Shown here: one piece after another, positions 11,945 to 24,239 of the stretch
How the letters are laid out: each line of letters begins with the position of its first letter
How positions within the stretch are numbered: position 1 is the first letter of the stretch
Position numbers and translations under genes: made by a program
Assembly (NCBI GenBank): GCA_964016885.1
Contig: OZ024743.1
Coordinates: 86,304,001 to 86,368,000, forward strand
Direction: 5' to 3'
From: Eledone cirrhosa
Lineage: Eukaryota
DNA length: 64,000 nucleotides
Notes under the pieces: model-generated
Seen by the model: only the letters and a program-made list of their open reading frames with translations
What the model was told of the DNA's origin: nothing
The model's database searches: none

Positions 11945-14900
11945 TTACAGACACATACTCAGGGAAGGCCCATTCATTCGGGCCATACTTGCTTCTCTCA
12001 CCCATCTTTCAACAAAATGCTGGGAAGAGAGCACTTCCCTCTCTACCCTGATTTTCCTTTTCAAATGAAATTTGAAAAAGTTAATCAGGGCATCACCGAA
12101 GAGGTAAGTGCTCGTCTTCAGCCCTTTCAAACGTGTCCACCATACTATCTCTTTCGCCATGGCCACCAGACAGATAAAAACTGCCTGCCCTTCCAGGCTA
12201 AAGGAAGGGGGCGGGGCAATCCTCACGATGGACTCAGCTGATAGCTGGATAGGTCCTACACGTGACAGCAGGTGTTCGACATAAACCCACAAGTCAGCAA
12301 TGCTCGGACACTGGACGAGTGCGTGCAGGACGGTTTCGTCGCCCTGTGCGCATCTCGGACATGCTCGACTGACGGCACCTCCATGCCTGTAGAGTTTATC
12401 CCGAACTGGCAAAGCTCCTCGGTAGCACTGCCAGGCCAGGGATTTCTGGAAGTTGTCCATAGGCCCCGGCCCGAAAGTCCTTCCGAAGAGATTGGCTAGT
12501 TGATTTTCGTCGACGCCTAGAGTTTCTCCAAGTACGTCGTCGCTCTTCCCCTCCACTAATCCCCTATAGAACGCCAAGGTGGAGTTTCCACCGATCACAT
12601 TGCCCGATTGGTCGAGGGCTGTGAGCGCCTGAAGACATTCCAGTCTCCAAGCGCTCCCTCTCGGTCTTCGCTTGACCCAGGACTGCAGCTCCGTCAAGGA
12701 GACGAGCTGGGGAAAAACGTGTCTTGCAAACGGCGACCACACCTGATCACCGTCGAGGAAGAGGTGGAGATGTCGTAGCCTGAGCGCGTGTCTGCGCATC
12801 ATCAGCCACGGCATGCCCAGCCCTCCACGTAGCGGGTGTTGACAGCAGATGGACCGCCTGACCATCGGAGCGCGTCCCTTCCACAAGAAGCGAAAGAGCA
12901 AACGCTCCAGCGCAGTCAGGCGGGGCTTAGGACAAGGTACGACGGTCAGGCGGTAGTAGATGACGGATGCGATGAACGCATTCGCCACCTCCGCTCGACC
13001 TTTCAGGGATAGCTTCCTCTCGGCCCATTTCTGGGTGAGAGAAGCCACCCTGCTCGTCACCTCGTCCCAGTTTTTGTCCGTCTGGAGGTCTGGACCGAAC
13101 CAGACCCCTAGCAATTTAACCGGTCCGTCCGTCCAGCGCCCGACGACGCTGTTGGACGGCATGGACCTGCCTCTCCAGGTGCCGAGCTGCAGGCCCACTG
13201 ACTTTTCCTGGTTGATCATTGCTCCTGTCACCGCTTCGTATTCTCTTAGTGTAGTGCCGATCGCCTCGATGTGTTTGGCGTTCCGAAAGGTGACCGTTCA
13301 CTCTCACTACAGAGCAGATGTCGCTGTGCATGGCAGCGATCCAGCCTCTGAAGACGGGCCCAAAGCCAGCCGCCCTCAGGACTGCCGCTAGGTAACGATG
13401 GTCGACCCTATCGAAGGCTTTCGACTGATCTAAATTGATCAAAGACCCACCCGTGCCAGGTTCCCTAGCTACCCTCTCTACGATGTATCGCATGAGGTGG
13501 AGGTTGTCGTGGATGGATCTGTCGGGAATGGCGCATGTCTGTGCCTCTCCCACCAGACCACCAACGACAAGCGCCAACCTCTTTGCTAGCACCTTGGCCA
13601 AAATCTTGAACTCTGTGTTTAGCAGAGTTATGGGCCTAAAATTATCTATGTTATCCCCCTTGTTCGGATCCTTTCTCAGCAGCGCCACCGCTCCTCGGCT
13701 CACAGAGCTGGGAATTCTCCCGTTCTGTTGCCAGTTGCAGTAGACGTCCGCCAAGAGGCCTCCGAACAAGTTTGGCATTTGTACGTAAAGTTCATAGGGC
13801 AGACCATCCAAACCAGGCGATTTACCCCTTGTGCAACTAGTCATTGCATCCCGTACTTCAGCGGTTGTTATCGGCTTTTCGCAACACTCCGCCTCAGTGG
13901 CCGAAAGCCGCGGCAGTCCGTCGAGGTAGACACTAAAGTCCATCCCTCGATCCGGCCCGCCACTGCCCCCGAACAGTTGAGCGAAGTGTCGCTGAAAAGC
14001 TTCACACATTTGCCCGGGATCGAGTAGCATGCGCCCGTCGTGGTCCACCAAAGACCGGATCGTGGCTTTGTTGTCACGACGCGCCTCCGCCACTCGGGCC
14101 CATTGAACGGCTTTCGTCCCCTCGTGTCTGAGAGCACGCACCCTAGCTCTGACAACGCAGCCTTCGTGCTTTGCATTGAAGAATTGGTCAAGGGCCAATT
14201 TCGCCGCAAGCACGTCGGTCGCGATGCCTTTGCTAAGCGCGTCATCTAATTTTCTAACTAATTCTCCCTCTGCTCTATTTTTCTCTATTGCTAAAGTCTT
14301 ACTAAACCTAATGGACTCTATTCTAATTGCTCTTTTCAGAGCAAACCACCACTTGTTGTTGACGATGGCCCCCGTCAACGCCCGCTTAACTAGTTCGCTA
14401 ATCCGGTCTCTGTAGGCCTTGCGCGCTGGTAAGGACGCGTTTAGCTTCCAGTAGCCGGGTCCTCGTCTATGAAGCCTATCTAAGTCAAGCACACAGATCA
14501 CGAATTTGTGGTCCGTGTAGCTGACTATCTTGAATTGTGGACAGCCTATGCTAGACCTATCTATTTCCCTACAAAATACTCTATCTAGATATGATCTGGA
14601 TGACCCTATGCGATTTGTCCAAGTCCACATTGGTACATTCGGGAAATCCATTCGGTACCTGTCAGACAGTTCAAAACGTCTGAGCAGGTTGGTGAGACTC
14701 TTGCACCCTCCTTCCCTATCCACTAATCCCACACAATCCCAGCGTGCATCTAAGATCCCGTTCCAGTCGCCCACTAACACTAAAGAGCGGGACGTTCCAA
14801 GAAAGGTCTCCAGACGCCAGAAGAAATCAGGCCGCCCTGCTCCTGTCGGGGCATAGACGGCCACTAACCTGAAAGCTTGCCCGTCTCCGCTGGTCACGTC

Positions 14901-15188
14901 CAGCACCACCAACTTACCTTCTGGGTCCAGGAAGATGGCCCGTATGGCAAGATCCAAACCTCTCCGAAAAAACACAGCAACTCCTCCCCCCGATCCCGGA
15001 CGGCTGGGAGATGCGTACACATCGTAGCCGCCGAAGATCGGTGCGAAAGCCTGTGCTTCGGAGATTCTGGTCTCGCTGATGGCTACTACATCTATGTTTA
15101 GTGACCTGAGGTCGTTGAGCAGGTGGCCCTGCTTCCATGACAACCCCAAGCCACGCGCATTTATGCTGCCTATTCTGAGTGAGGTCAT
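11945..15188 (-). pseudogene. ORF2 (APE-RT-CCHC) of copy 3; a ~175 bp deletion near 13283 removes QGCPLS and YADD and shifts frame
   Basis: ORFs 13116-15188 and 11945-13231. Alignment to copy 1 shows the equivalent of ~3191-3366 is missing. Confidence 0.9.
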
Positions 15189-15222
15189 GTTGAAAAGGAG
15201 TGGAAAAGATGGGAAAGACCAC

Positions 15223-17224
15223 TTACCTTACTTCTCGTAGGGGAAGGACGGCTTTTCCATCCTTTTCACTGCTTGTGGCCTCCTCAGGAAGGATGTCCTT
15301 ATAAATCCTCCTGGAGAGTGCTTGTCGGAAGTCTCCGATGTCTTTGGGGAATTTTTGTTTTAGTGTCATGTACGTTTTCTGTGTGATGCGAGTGATTTGT
15401 ATGTGTGGAGGTGGTGTGAATTTTGGGGTTGTTGTGTAGTCTTTTTCTGTGATGCTGGTGTTGTGTTGGATGTAGTGTAATAATTGCTTGTTGTTCAAAT
15501 TTAATGCTGTGTAGTGTGTATCGTTTTGGTTGTTTTGTTTTGTTTGCGTTTGTTGTGGGTTTGTTTCTGTTTCGCATTTTGGTGACTTTTGTGGTGTAGG
15601 TGATGGTGGTGTTGGAGTTAATGATGGTGATGGTGTTGGTGTTTGGGTTGATGGGGTTGGTGATGCTGGTGTGGATGGTGGCATATCTGTCCTAACTTTT
15701 TTGTTTCTTAGTTTATTTGTTTCCCTCTGTATTTTGTTTTTGGAGGGGGAAGGAAGAGAATTTTTTCTTTTTTGGTTTCTTTTTTTTTTTCCGGATATCG
15801 TTTCCCACTCCTCGTCGTCACAATCTGTCTCCAGTTGTGATAGGCCGGGGAGTGGAAAATCCTCCACAGCCGTTAGTTTTGGTTGTGGTGTGGTGGATGG
15901 TGTAGGCGCTGGTGCTAGTTCTGAAGCGTTGGGTAGTGGTGGTGTTGGTTTTGCTGGTGGTGGTAGTGGTGTTGGTTTTGCTACTGTTGCTGGGGTTGTT
16001 GCTGTTATAGTTGCTTCTGTTGTTGCTGCTACAGTTGTTGCTGCCATCTCTGCTACTGGTGGTGTTGATGGTTGTGTCACTGGGGTGGGTAGGAGAGGTG
16101 GCCTCAACCTTTTAGCCTGAGGGCAGAAAGCCCTTAGGTGGGTTCCTTCACCACAAACGACACACCTAGGTCTTCTGCCCTCGACAATTACCGTGAGGTG
16201 GCTGCCGTCAGTGAGGTCTATTACCTCTGGGATCTCCTCAATGCTTTTTTGGTCCGCTTGGATCAGGAGCTCCATCCCAGATCCGGACCAGTTTTCCTGC
16301 TTTTCTTTTGCTACTGCTATTATTTTCGTGTTGGCTTCGATGCCGGCGAGGACAGCCGCTATTAGCCAGGGAATTTCGATGGCCGGTGGAATGTGGGTCA
16401 CCCTGATCTTTACGAGTCTCTGGCCACAATAGCTTGGGACGAGTGTGAGGTCGTCACTTTTTAATGGGGCCATGGAGTGTTCTCTAGCCTCCTCTGGTGT
16501 TTCAAAGAACACATCCACGGTTCCATACTTTTGCCCACGTCTGATGTGGGTTTTTCTTGCCCACACATGTCCCAAAGCTTTTTGGATTTGGGACTCGGAT
16601 GCCCGTTCCACTCGGCGCGATTTTACATTTATTGTTCTATACGACACGGTGCACAGGCGCCGATGCTCCTTTTTATTAGGTGGGGGGGGGGGGGGGGTGA
16701 GGCTGACCCTGTACCCATCTTTCTTTACCATTTGTTTGGCATTTTCTAAATCCTCCTGAGTTACCGTAAATGCTTCGAACTGTTTTGCTACTCTGGCAAA
16801 ACTCAGGGTGGTTTTTTTAATGTCATTGTTGTTGTTGTTGCTATCGTTATTTTTGCTATTATTTAATTTTAGTTTCAGTTGTGGTGACGTCAGTGGTGTT
16901 TTGTGTGGAAGTGGAAGAGTCCATTTTGGTTGAAATTATTTCGACATCACGAGTTGATTTATTTTTTCCTTTTGTTTCTGTTGTCGCGGTGGTGGTGGGG
17001 GTGGTGGTTGTCGCGGTGGTGGTGGTGGTGGAGGCTTTAACACCTGCAGTCATTGGTAATGGCGGGAAATGAATGTCTGCCTGAGACAAATTTAAAATAT
17101 TGCTACTGCTTATATTTTTTTTAGTGTTGGCAAACGTAGTAACATTTACAATGGTGGTGTCGGTGTGAGGTGTTAATTTGTGAGGAAGGCTTTCAGCTGC
17201 TTGGTGCAGAGGTGAATTAGCCAT
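15223..17224 (-). pseudogene. ORF1 of copy 3 (gag-like, CCHC knuckle CVVCGEGTHLRAFC), one frame break near 16860
   Basis: ORFs 16859-17224 and 15223-16731. Confidence 0.85.
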
Positions 17225-17434
17225 TTTTTTTTCAAAGAAATTTTTTGATAATCATAAAAGTTTAAATTTTGGGCACAAGGCCCCAATCTTTTTGGGTGTC
17301 CTTTTCGGAAAACAATGTATGTGCGCTTATATGTAGTTAACAATAAAAATTTTCCATAAATGGCAATTTTTAACAAACGGAAATAACAAACCTTTGCGGA
17401 GCTCACGATGATACGATTTACTACGTAGGTCGCC

Positions 17435-17494
<60 letters not shown>
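17435..17494. repeat. (TAA)n tract
   Basis: Directly visible. Confidence 0.97.
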
Positions 17495-17621
17495 TGTTTC
17501 TACTTTTGGCACAAGGCCAGCAATTACCCAATGCATTACTGGTACTTCATTCGATCGACCCCGGAAGGATGAAAGGCAAAGTTAACCTCGGCGGGATTTG
17601 AACTCAGATCATACAGGGAGG
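17495..17621 (-). mobile_element. 5'-truncated tRNA-derived SINE (Nin-like central domain) within the TAA array
   Basis: B-box GAGTTCAAATCC followed by GCCGAGGTTAACTTTGCCTTTCATCCTT..GGGGTCGAT. Homologous to 32857, 41492, 42037 and 63487. Confidence 0.85.
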
Positions 17622-17643
17622 TAATAATAATAATAATAATAAT

Positions 17644-20600
17644 GATTTCTTTATTAATCACAAGGGTTTACATAAAGTAGACATTACGGACAGTGCAGGA
17701 CTATACAGGACGGTACAAATGGGCATTTCTGCGTGTAAAAAACAAAAACAGAGGATGTAACAAAAAAAATAACAATGAAAAATTCCCCAATAGGGGGGAG
17801 ACTTCGGAGGGACATTTGTGGAGAAAGCCCATTAAAAGGCCACAGTGACCTTGACCACCGAGGCAAGTGCCCTCTCCAGTTTTCCACCTTTAATTTACAG
17901 ACACATACTCAGAGTAGGCCCATTCACTCGGGCCATTCTTGCTTCTCTCACCCATCTTTCAACAAAATGCTGGGAAGAGAGCACTTCCCTCTCTACTCTG
18001 ATTTTCCTTTTCAAATGAAATTTGAAAAAGTCAATCAGGGCATCACCGAAGTGGTAAGTGCTCGTCTTCAGCCCTTTCAAACGTGTCCACCATACTATCT
18101 CTTTCACGATGGTCACCAGACAGATAAAAACTGCCTGCCCTTCCCGGCGAAAGGAAGAGGGCGGGGCAATCCTCCCGATGGACTCAGCTGGAAGTTGTCC
18201 ATAGGCCCCGGACCGAAAGTTCTTCCGAAGAGATTGGATAGTTGATTTTCGTCGACGCCTAGAGTTTCCCCAAGTACGTCGTCGCTCTTCCCCTCCACTA
18301 ATCCTCTATAGAACGCCGAGGTGGAGTTTCCACCGATCACATTGCCAGATTGGTCGAGGGCTGTGAGCGCCTGAAGACATTCCAGTCTCCAAGCGCTCCC
18401 TCTCGGTCTTCGCTTGACCCAGGACTGCAGCTCCGTCAAGGAGACGAGCTGGGGAAAAACGTGTCCAGCAAACGGCGACCACACCTGATCACCGTCGAGG
18501 AAGAGGTGGAGATGTCGTAGCCTGAGCGCGTGTCTGCGCATCATCAGCCACGGCATGCCCAGCCCTCCACGTAGCGGGTGTTGACAGCAGATGGACCGCC
18601 TGGCCATCGGAGCGCGTCCCTTCCACAAAAAGCGAAAGAGCAAACGCTCCAGCACAGTCAGGCGGGGCTTAGGACAAGGTACGACGGTCAGGCGGTAGCA
18701 GATGACAGACGCGATGTACGCGTTAGCCACCTCCGCTCGACCTTTCAGGGATAGCTTCCTCTCGGCCCATTTCTGGGTGAGAGAAGCCACCCTGCTCGTC
18801 ACCTCGTCCCAGTTTTTGTCCGTCTGGAGGTCTGGACCGAACCAGACCCCTAGCAATTTAACCGGTCCGTCCGTCCAGCGTCCGACGACGCTGTTGGACG
18901 GCATGGACCTGCCTCTCCAGGTGCCGAGCTGCAGGCCCACTGACTTTTCCTGGTTGATCATTGCTCCTGTCACCGCTTCGTATTCTCTTAGTGTAGTGCC
19001 GATCGCCTCGGTGTGTTTGGCGTTCGACACCACTACGGTGACATCGTCCGCATATGCTGACACGGATCTTTCGCATCCTAGTTCATGCGGGACCCCACTC
19101 AACGTCTCCAGTTTGTGCAGTAATGGCTCGAGAGTCAATACGTACAAGAGGGACGAGAGGGGACATCCTTGGCGGACCGAGCGCATGATGTTGAACGGTT
19201 CCGAAAGGTGACCGTTCACTCTCACCACAGAGCAGATGTCGCTGTGCATGGCAGCGATCCAGCCTCTGAAGACGGGCCCAAAGTCAGCCGCCCCCAGGAC
19301 TGCCGTTAGGTAACGATGGTCGACCCTATCGAAAGCTTTCGACTGATCTAAATTGATCAAGGACCCACCCGTGCCAGGTTCCCTAGCTACCCTCTCTACG
19401 ATGTATCGCATGAGGTGGAGGTTGTCGTGGATGGATATTTCGGGAATGGCGCATGTCTGCGCCTCTCCCACCAGACCACCAACGACAAGCGCCAACCTCT
19501 TTGCTAGCACCTTGGCCAAAATCTTGAACTCTGTGTTTAGCAGAGTTATGGGCCTACAATTATCTATGTTATCCCCCTTGTTCGGATCCTTTCTCAGCAG
19601 CGCCACCGCTCCTCGGCTCACAGAGCTGGGAATTCTCCCGTTCTGTTGCCAGTTGCAGTAGACGTCCGCCAAGAGGCCTCCGAAGAAGTCTGGCATCTGT
19701 ACGTAAAGTTCATAGGGCAGACCATCCAAACCAGGCGATTTACCCCTTGTGCAGCTAGTCATTGACTCCCGTACTTCAGCGGCTGTTTTCGGCTTTTCGC
19801 AACACTCCGCCTCAGTGGCCGTGGGCCGCGGCAGTCCGTCGAGGTAGACACTAAAGTCCATCCCTCGACCCGGCCCACCGCTGCCCCCGAACAGCTGAGC
19901 GAAGTGTCGCTGAAAAGCTTCACACATTTGCCCGGGATCGAGTAGCATGCGCCCGTCGTGGTCCACCAAAGACCGGATCGTGGCTTTGTTGCCACGACGT
20001 GCCTCCGCCACTCGGGCCCATTGAACGGCTTTCGTCCCCTCGTGTCTAAGAGCACACACCCTAGCTCTGACAACGCAGCCTTCGTGCTTTGCATTGAAGA
20101 ATTGGTCAAGGGCCAATTTCGCCGCAAATACGTCGGTCGCGATGCCTTTGCTAAGCGCCTCGTCTAATTTTCTAACTAGTTCTCCCACTGCTCTATTTTT
20201 CTCTATTGCTAAAGCCTTACTAAACCTAATGGATTCTATTCTAATCGCTCTTTTCAGAGCAAACCACCACTTGTTGTTGATGATGGCTCCCGTCAACGCC
20301 CGCTTAACTAGTTCGCTAATCCGGTCTCTGTAGGCCTTGCGCGCTGGTAAGGACGCGTTTATCTTCCAGTAGCCGGGTCCTCGTCTATGAAGCCTATCTA
20401 AGTCAAGCACACAGATCACGATTTGTGGTCCGTGTAGCTGACTATCTTGAATTGTGGACAGCCTATGCTAGACCTATCTATTTCCCTACAAAATACTCTA
20501 TCTAGATATGATCTGGATGACCCTATGCGATTTGTCCAAGTCAACATTGGCACATTCGCACATTCGTTGAGCAGGTGACCCTGCTTCCACGACGACCCCA

Positions 20601-23038
20601 AGCTACGCGCATTTATGCTGCCTATTCTGAGTGAGGTCATGTTTAAAATGGAGTGGAAAAGATGGGAGAGACCACTTACCGTACTTTTCGTAGAGGAAGG
20701 ATGGTTTCTCCATCCCTTTTCACTTGATCGTCTGGTGAAGGGACCGTTGAATCGTCCCTTCGGCTGGTCGTCGGCTCTTCTATGAGTATGTCCGAATATA
20801 CTCTCCGGTTGAGAGTCCCTCCTAGGTCTCTGAAATCACCAACTGCGTTGGGGAATTTCGTTTTAATGTTTGTGTATTGTTTCTGTGCTATTTTTACCAG
20901 TCTTATGTTTGTTGGCGTTTTGATTGGTGCTGGTATTATGTAGTCGTGCTGTGAAATGTCTGTGTGTTCAATTATGTAAGTCATTAGTTTCTTGTTGTGT
21001 GTATTTATTGCCGTGCATTTGTTTTTCTGGGGGTGGGGTGTGGTTCTGCTATTTTCTTGTCGTTGTTGCTGGGTGTGTGTGTTTTGTTGTTGTGTTTGCG
21101 ATGTTGGTGCTTGTGGTGGTGGTGTTGAAGGTGTTGTTGTTGTTGGCGGTGAGGTTGTCGCCGGTGGTGATGGTGGTGCTAGTGTGGGAGGTGATGATGT
21201 TGGTGGTGTTGCTGCTGTGAGTCTCTTTGCAGTAGCCTTTACCCTTTTTTCATTTCTTTCCTCCCTTTTCGAAGGCGACGATGCGCTGCTTCTGCGTTTG
21301 TGCCTTCTTACGACCTTTTGCTATCCCTCTCCCACCTCACACTCCATTTCTGATTCTGTGAGGTCGGGGAGGGGTACCAGCTCCACTCTTTCACTTGTTG
21401 TTGTTGGTGATGTTTGGAGTGGAGTTTCTGTTGCAGCTGCATCTGGTATTACTGTTGTTGTTGTTAATACTTCCACTGCTACTGCTGTTTTTGATTTCCG
21501 TGGCGTGGGTATGGGTGCCACGGACCTATCGTTCCTGGTTGCCGCTTGTTCTGTTGCTGGTAGCCGTGGAGCCGGTTTCGGAAGGAGGGGGGTTTTCTCC
21601 TTTCTCAGGGTCTTCTCGTTGCAGAAGGCCCTGAGGTGAGTCTTCGATCCACAGCGAAAGCATTTCGGGCGTTTGCCCTCAACACTTATGGGCAGTTGAG
21701 TGCCGTTATCGAAGTCTATCAAATCCAGGATAGCTTCGATGCACTCCTGGTTGGTTTGGATTAACATCTCAATGGAGATGCCGACCCAATCTTCTCGTAC
21801 TTTTTTCTGTACTTGCAGTACAGTTGTTTTGTCCTCGATTCCGACGAGGACAGACGCGGCCAGCCAAGAAGGGGCCATCCCGGGGGGGGGGGGTCAATTT
21901 GACCCTCACAATTTTTTGCCCGCAGTAGGAGGGCACCAACACCATTTCCTCGCTCCTTAGGGTCACTAAGGATTGAGCCTTTGCCTCCTGGGGTGTGGCA
22001 AAAAGCACGTCTACGGTGGCATATTTCTTGCCTCGGGTGATATGCGTTTTCCGCTGCTACATAGACCCTAATGCTTTTTGTATTTGAGCCTTTGTGGCCC
22101 TTTCAACCCTACGGGATTTTGTGCTTACTGTACGGTACGTGACCGTACAGTGCTGTTGGGTTTCGAAAAATTTTTCGGCTGCCTTGCAGATTGCTCGGTG
22201 TCCGGTTTTCGTCACCATCTTCTTCGCTTCCTGTAATTCCTCATTTGTTATAAGGATGGTTTCCAGGTTCTTTGCGATACCTGCAAACGAGATTGGTTTT
22301 TCTTTGCTGCTGTTGTTGTTGTTGTTGTTGTTGTCGTCAGAGCTGCTGTTACTTTTGTTGTTGCTGCAGGTACTACGACTACTGCCGCCGCCGCTGTTGC
22401 TGTGGTTGTTGTTGTTGTTGCTGCTGCTGCTGTTGTTGTTGCTGTTGCTGCTAATGCTGTTGTTGTTTATGCTGCTGCTGATGCTGTTGCGGCTGCTACT
22501 GTTGTTTTCCTTGTCACTGTTGCTGCTGCTGCTGCTGTTATTACGGCTGCTACTGCTATTATTCCTGACGTCAGACGAATGAAATGGGTTTTCGTATTTC
22601 CCGCACATCTTTTTCGTCGTTGTACTCGTCGTCGTGGAGAAATCTTGCACGCTTTGCACGTGATTTTTCTTTTCTGGCGTCGCTTGCGAAAGAGAAGGGA
22701 GGGAGAGAGACACATTTAGAGAAGGGAGGGAGAGAGACGATCTTCTCTCTGCTGTAGTGACGATTGAGGAAGAAGAAGACGGAATGAGTGGGAGTGACCT
22801 ATGAAAATTCTTTTTCGTAGCCATGTTTTTTTTTGTTTAAAATAAATATTGGGCACAAAACCCCAATAAGCGGTTATTTAACCCCGAAGGGCCAAATAAC
22901 GGGCAGAAAGACCCCTCTCACGAGGAGGAGGGTGTTTTTGTCTACAATTTGGTTAAAGTTTTAAACAATTTACAATTGTTATAGCGGTCAAAATTTACAA
23001 TACCTTACAGAGCCGAGCCTCCGTCAACCATAGCATTC
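17644..23038 (-). mobile_element. L1/Tx1-like LINE copy 4; RT intact, deletions in APE (~20562) and CCHC (~18190); ORF1 20676-22824 disrupted
   Basis: ORF 18113-20419 with AYADD; ORF2 start MTSLRIGSINAR at 20640; ORF1 knuckle CFRCGSKTHLRAFC; TAA tracts at 17622-17643 and 23039-23083. Confidence 0.92.

Positions 23039-23083
<45 letters not shown>
23039..23083. repeat. (TAA)n tract
   Basis: Directly visible. Confidence 0.97.
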
Positions 23084-23084
<1 letters not shown>

Positions 23085-23979
23085 TGACTGGCAGTAGGGA
23101 GCCAATGCTCAAAATTGTACTGAAGGAGAAGACAATAGACCAGGGGATGTCCAAGGACGAAATAACAACAAAGAGGAAGGGCAACCTTCATGAAAAATCC
23201 CTTCATAGCACCTTTTTTAAGAAAACGGAATTCAGAGATCTGCAGACATAAAGCTGGTTAAAAAGAAGCGACCTTTAAAAAACTACAGCCGGAATGCTAA
23301 TGGCTGCACAAGAGCAAACACTCAAAATGAAGTGGGTGAAATATCATATTGACAAGGAGGAGTCTATCTCCTTGTGTAGGATCTGTGGAGAGACAGAGGA
23401 GGCTGTGGCGCACATCGTATCCGAGTGTAAACACCTAGCCCAGACACACTATAAAGGCTGATATTTATGCAAACTAAACAATTTACCACATTCTGAGAAG
23501 TGGTATGAGCATAAGCCAGAGTCGGTGATAGAAAACGACCAAGTGAAGGTGCTATTGGATTTCAGGATACAGACGGACAAGAAATTAGAACACAACAGGC
23601 CTGACCTGGTGGTTTTGGACAAGGAAAAAAGATCGTGCTTGATTGTTGATGTAGCCTACCCCTTAGACACAAGAGTGGAAGAAAAGGAGAAGGAGAAAAT
23701 TGACCGATAAAGTGGGGGTTAAAAAGGATTTGGGACTGTTGTGAGATCAAGGTCGTCCCGATTGTCATAGGAGCACTAGGTACTATCTCAAGGAGTTTTC
23801 AAGGATGGTTAAAGAACATTAGTCCAGCCCCCTTTTTTTGGAACAATTCAAAAGGCATGCTTGCTGGCAACAGCAGGAACCCTCCGATACGTCCTGAATA
23901 TCTGAGGCTGTAGGTAGCGGTTTGGTATTCATTTGAACAAACTTTCCAGTTAAATAACATCAATGACTGAGACTCAAAG
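23084..23979 (+). mobile_element. Second R4/Dong-like copy, 3' ~0.9 kb only
   Basis: Homologous to 6218-7147, same 3' terminus GACTGAGACTCAAAG, followed by TAA/CAA repeats to ~24050. Confidence 0.9.
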
Positions 23980-24239
23980 AATAATAATGATAACAACAAC
24001 AACAATAATAATAATAATAATAATAATAACAATAATAAAAATAATAATATAGTATAATGACCAGTGTGTAGAATTAGTCTAGAATTAATGTTGACATATA
24101 TGAACGAAATACAAGTAAAGTAAAAATGAGGTTGGGGATAGCTGATCATTAAGTAAACAAGGAATATGTCACATCCTAAGCGTAAAATAAATGGTACAAA
24201 TGTATAAACAAAGAGTTGTTGTCCATCAACGGATCTCAC

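Larger units (their letters stand above)
11703..17434 (-). mobile_element. L1/Tx1-like LINE copy 3, near full length
   Basis: 5'UTR, ORF1 15223-17224, 34-nt spacer, ORF2 11945-15188, 3'UTR with AATAAA; TAA tracts on both sides. Confidence 0.93.

Noticed and set aside
2867-20333. Recurrent plus-strand ORFs antisense to Tx1-like ORF2
   Set aside because: Expected from GC-rich near-identical copies; no independent evidence of coding
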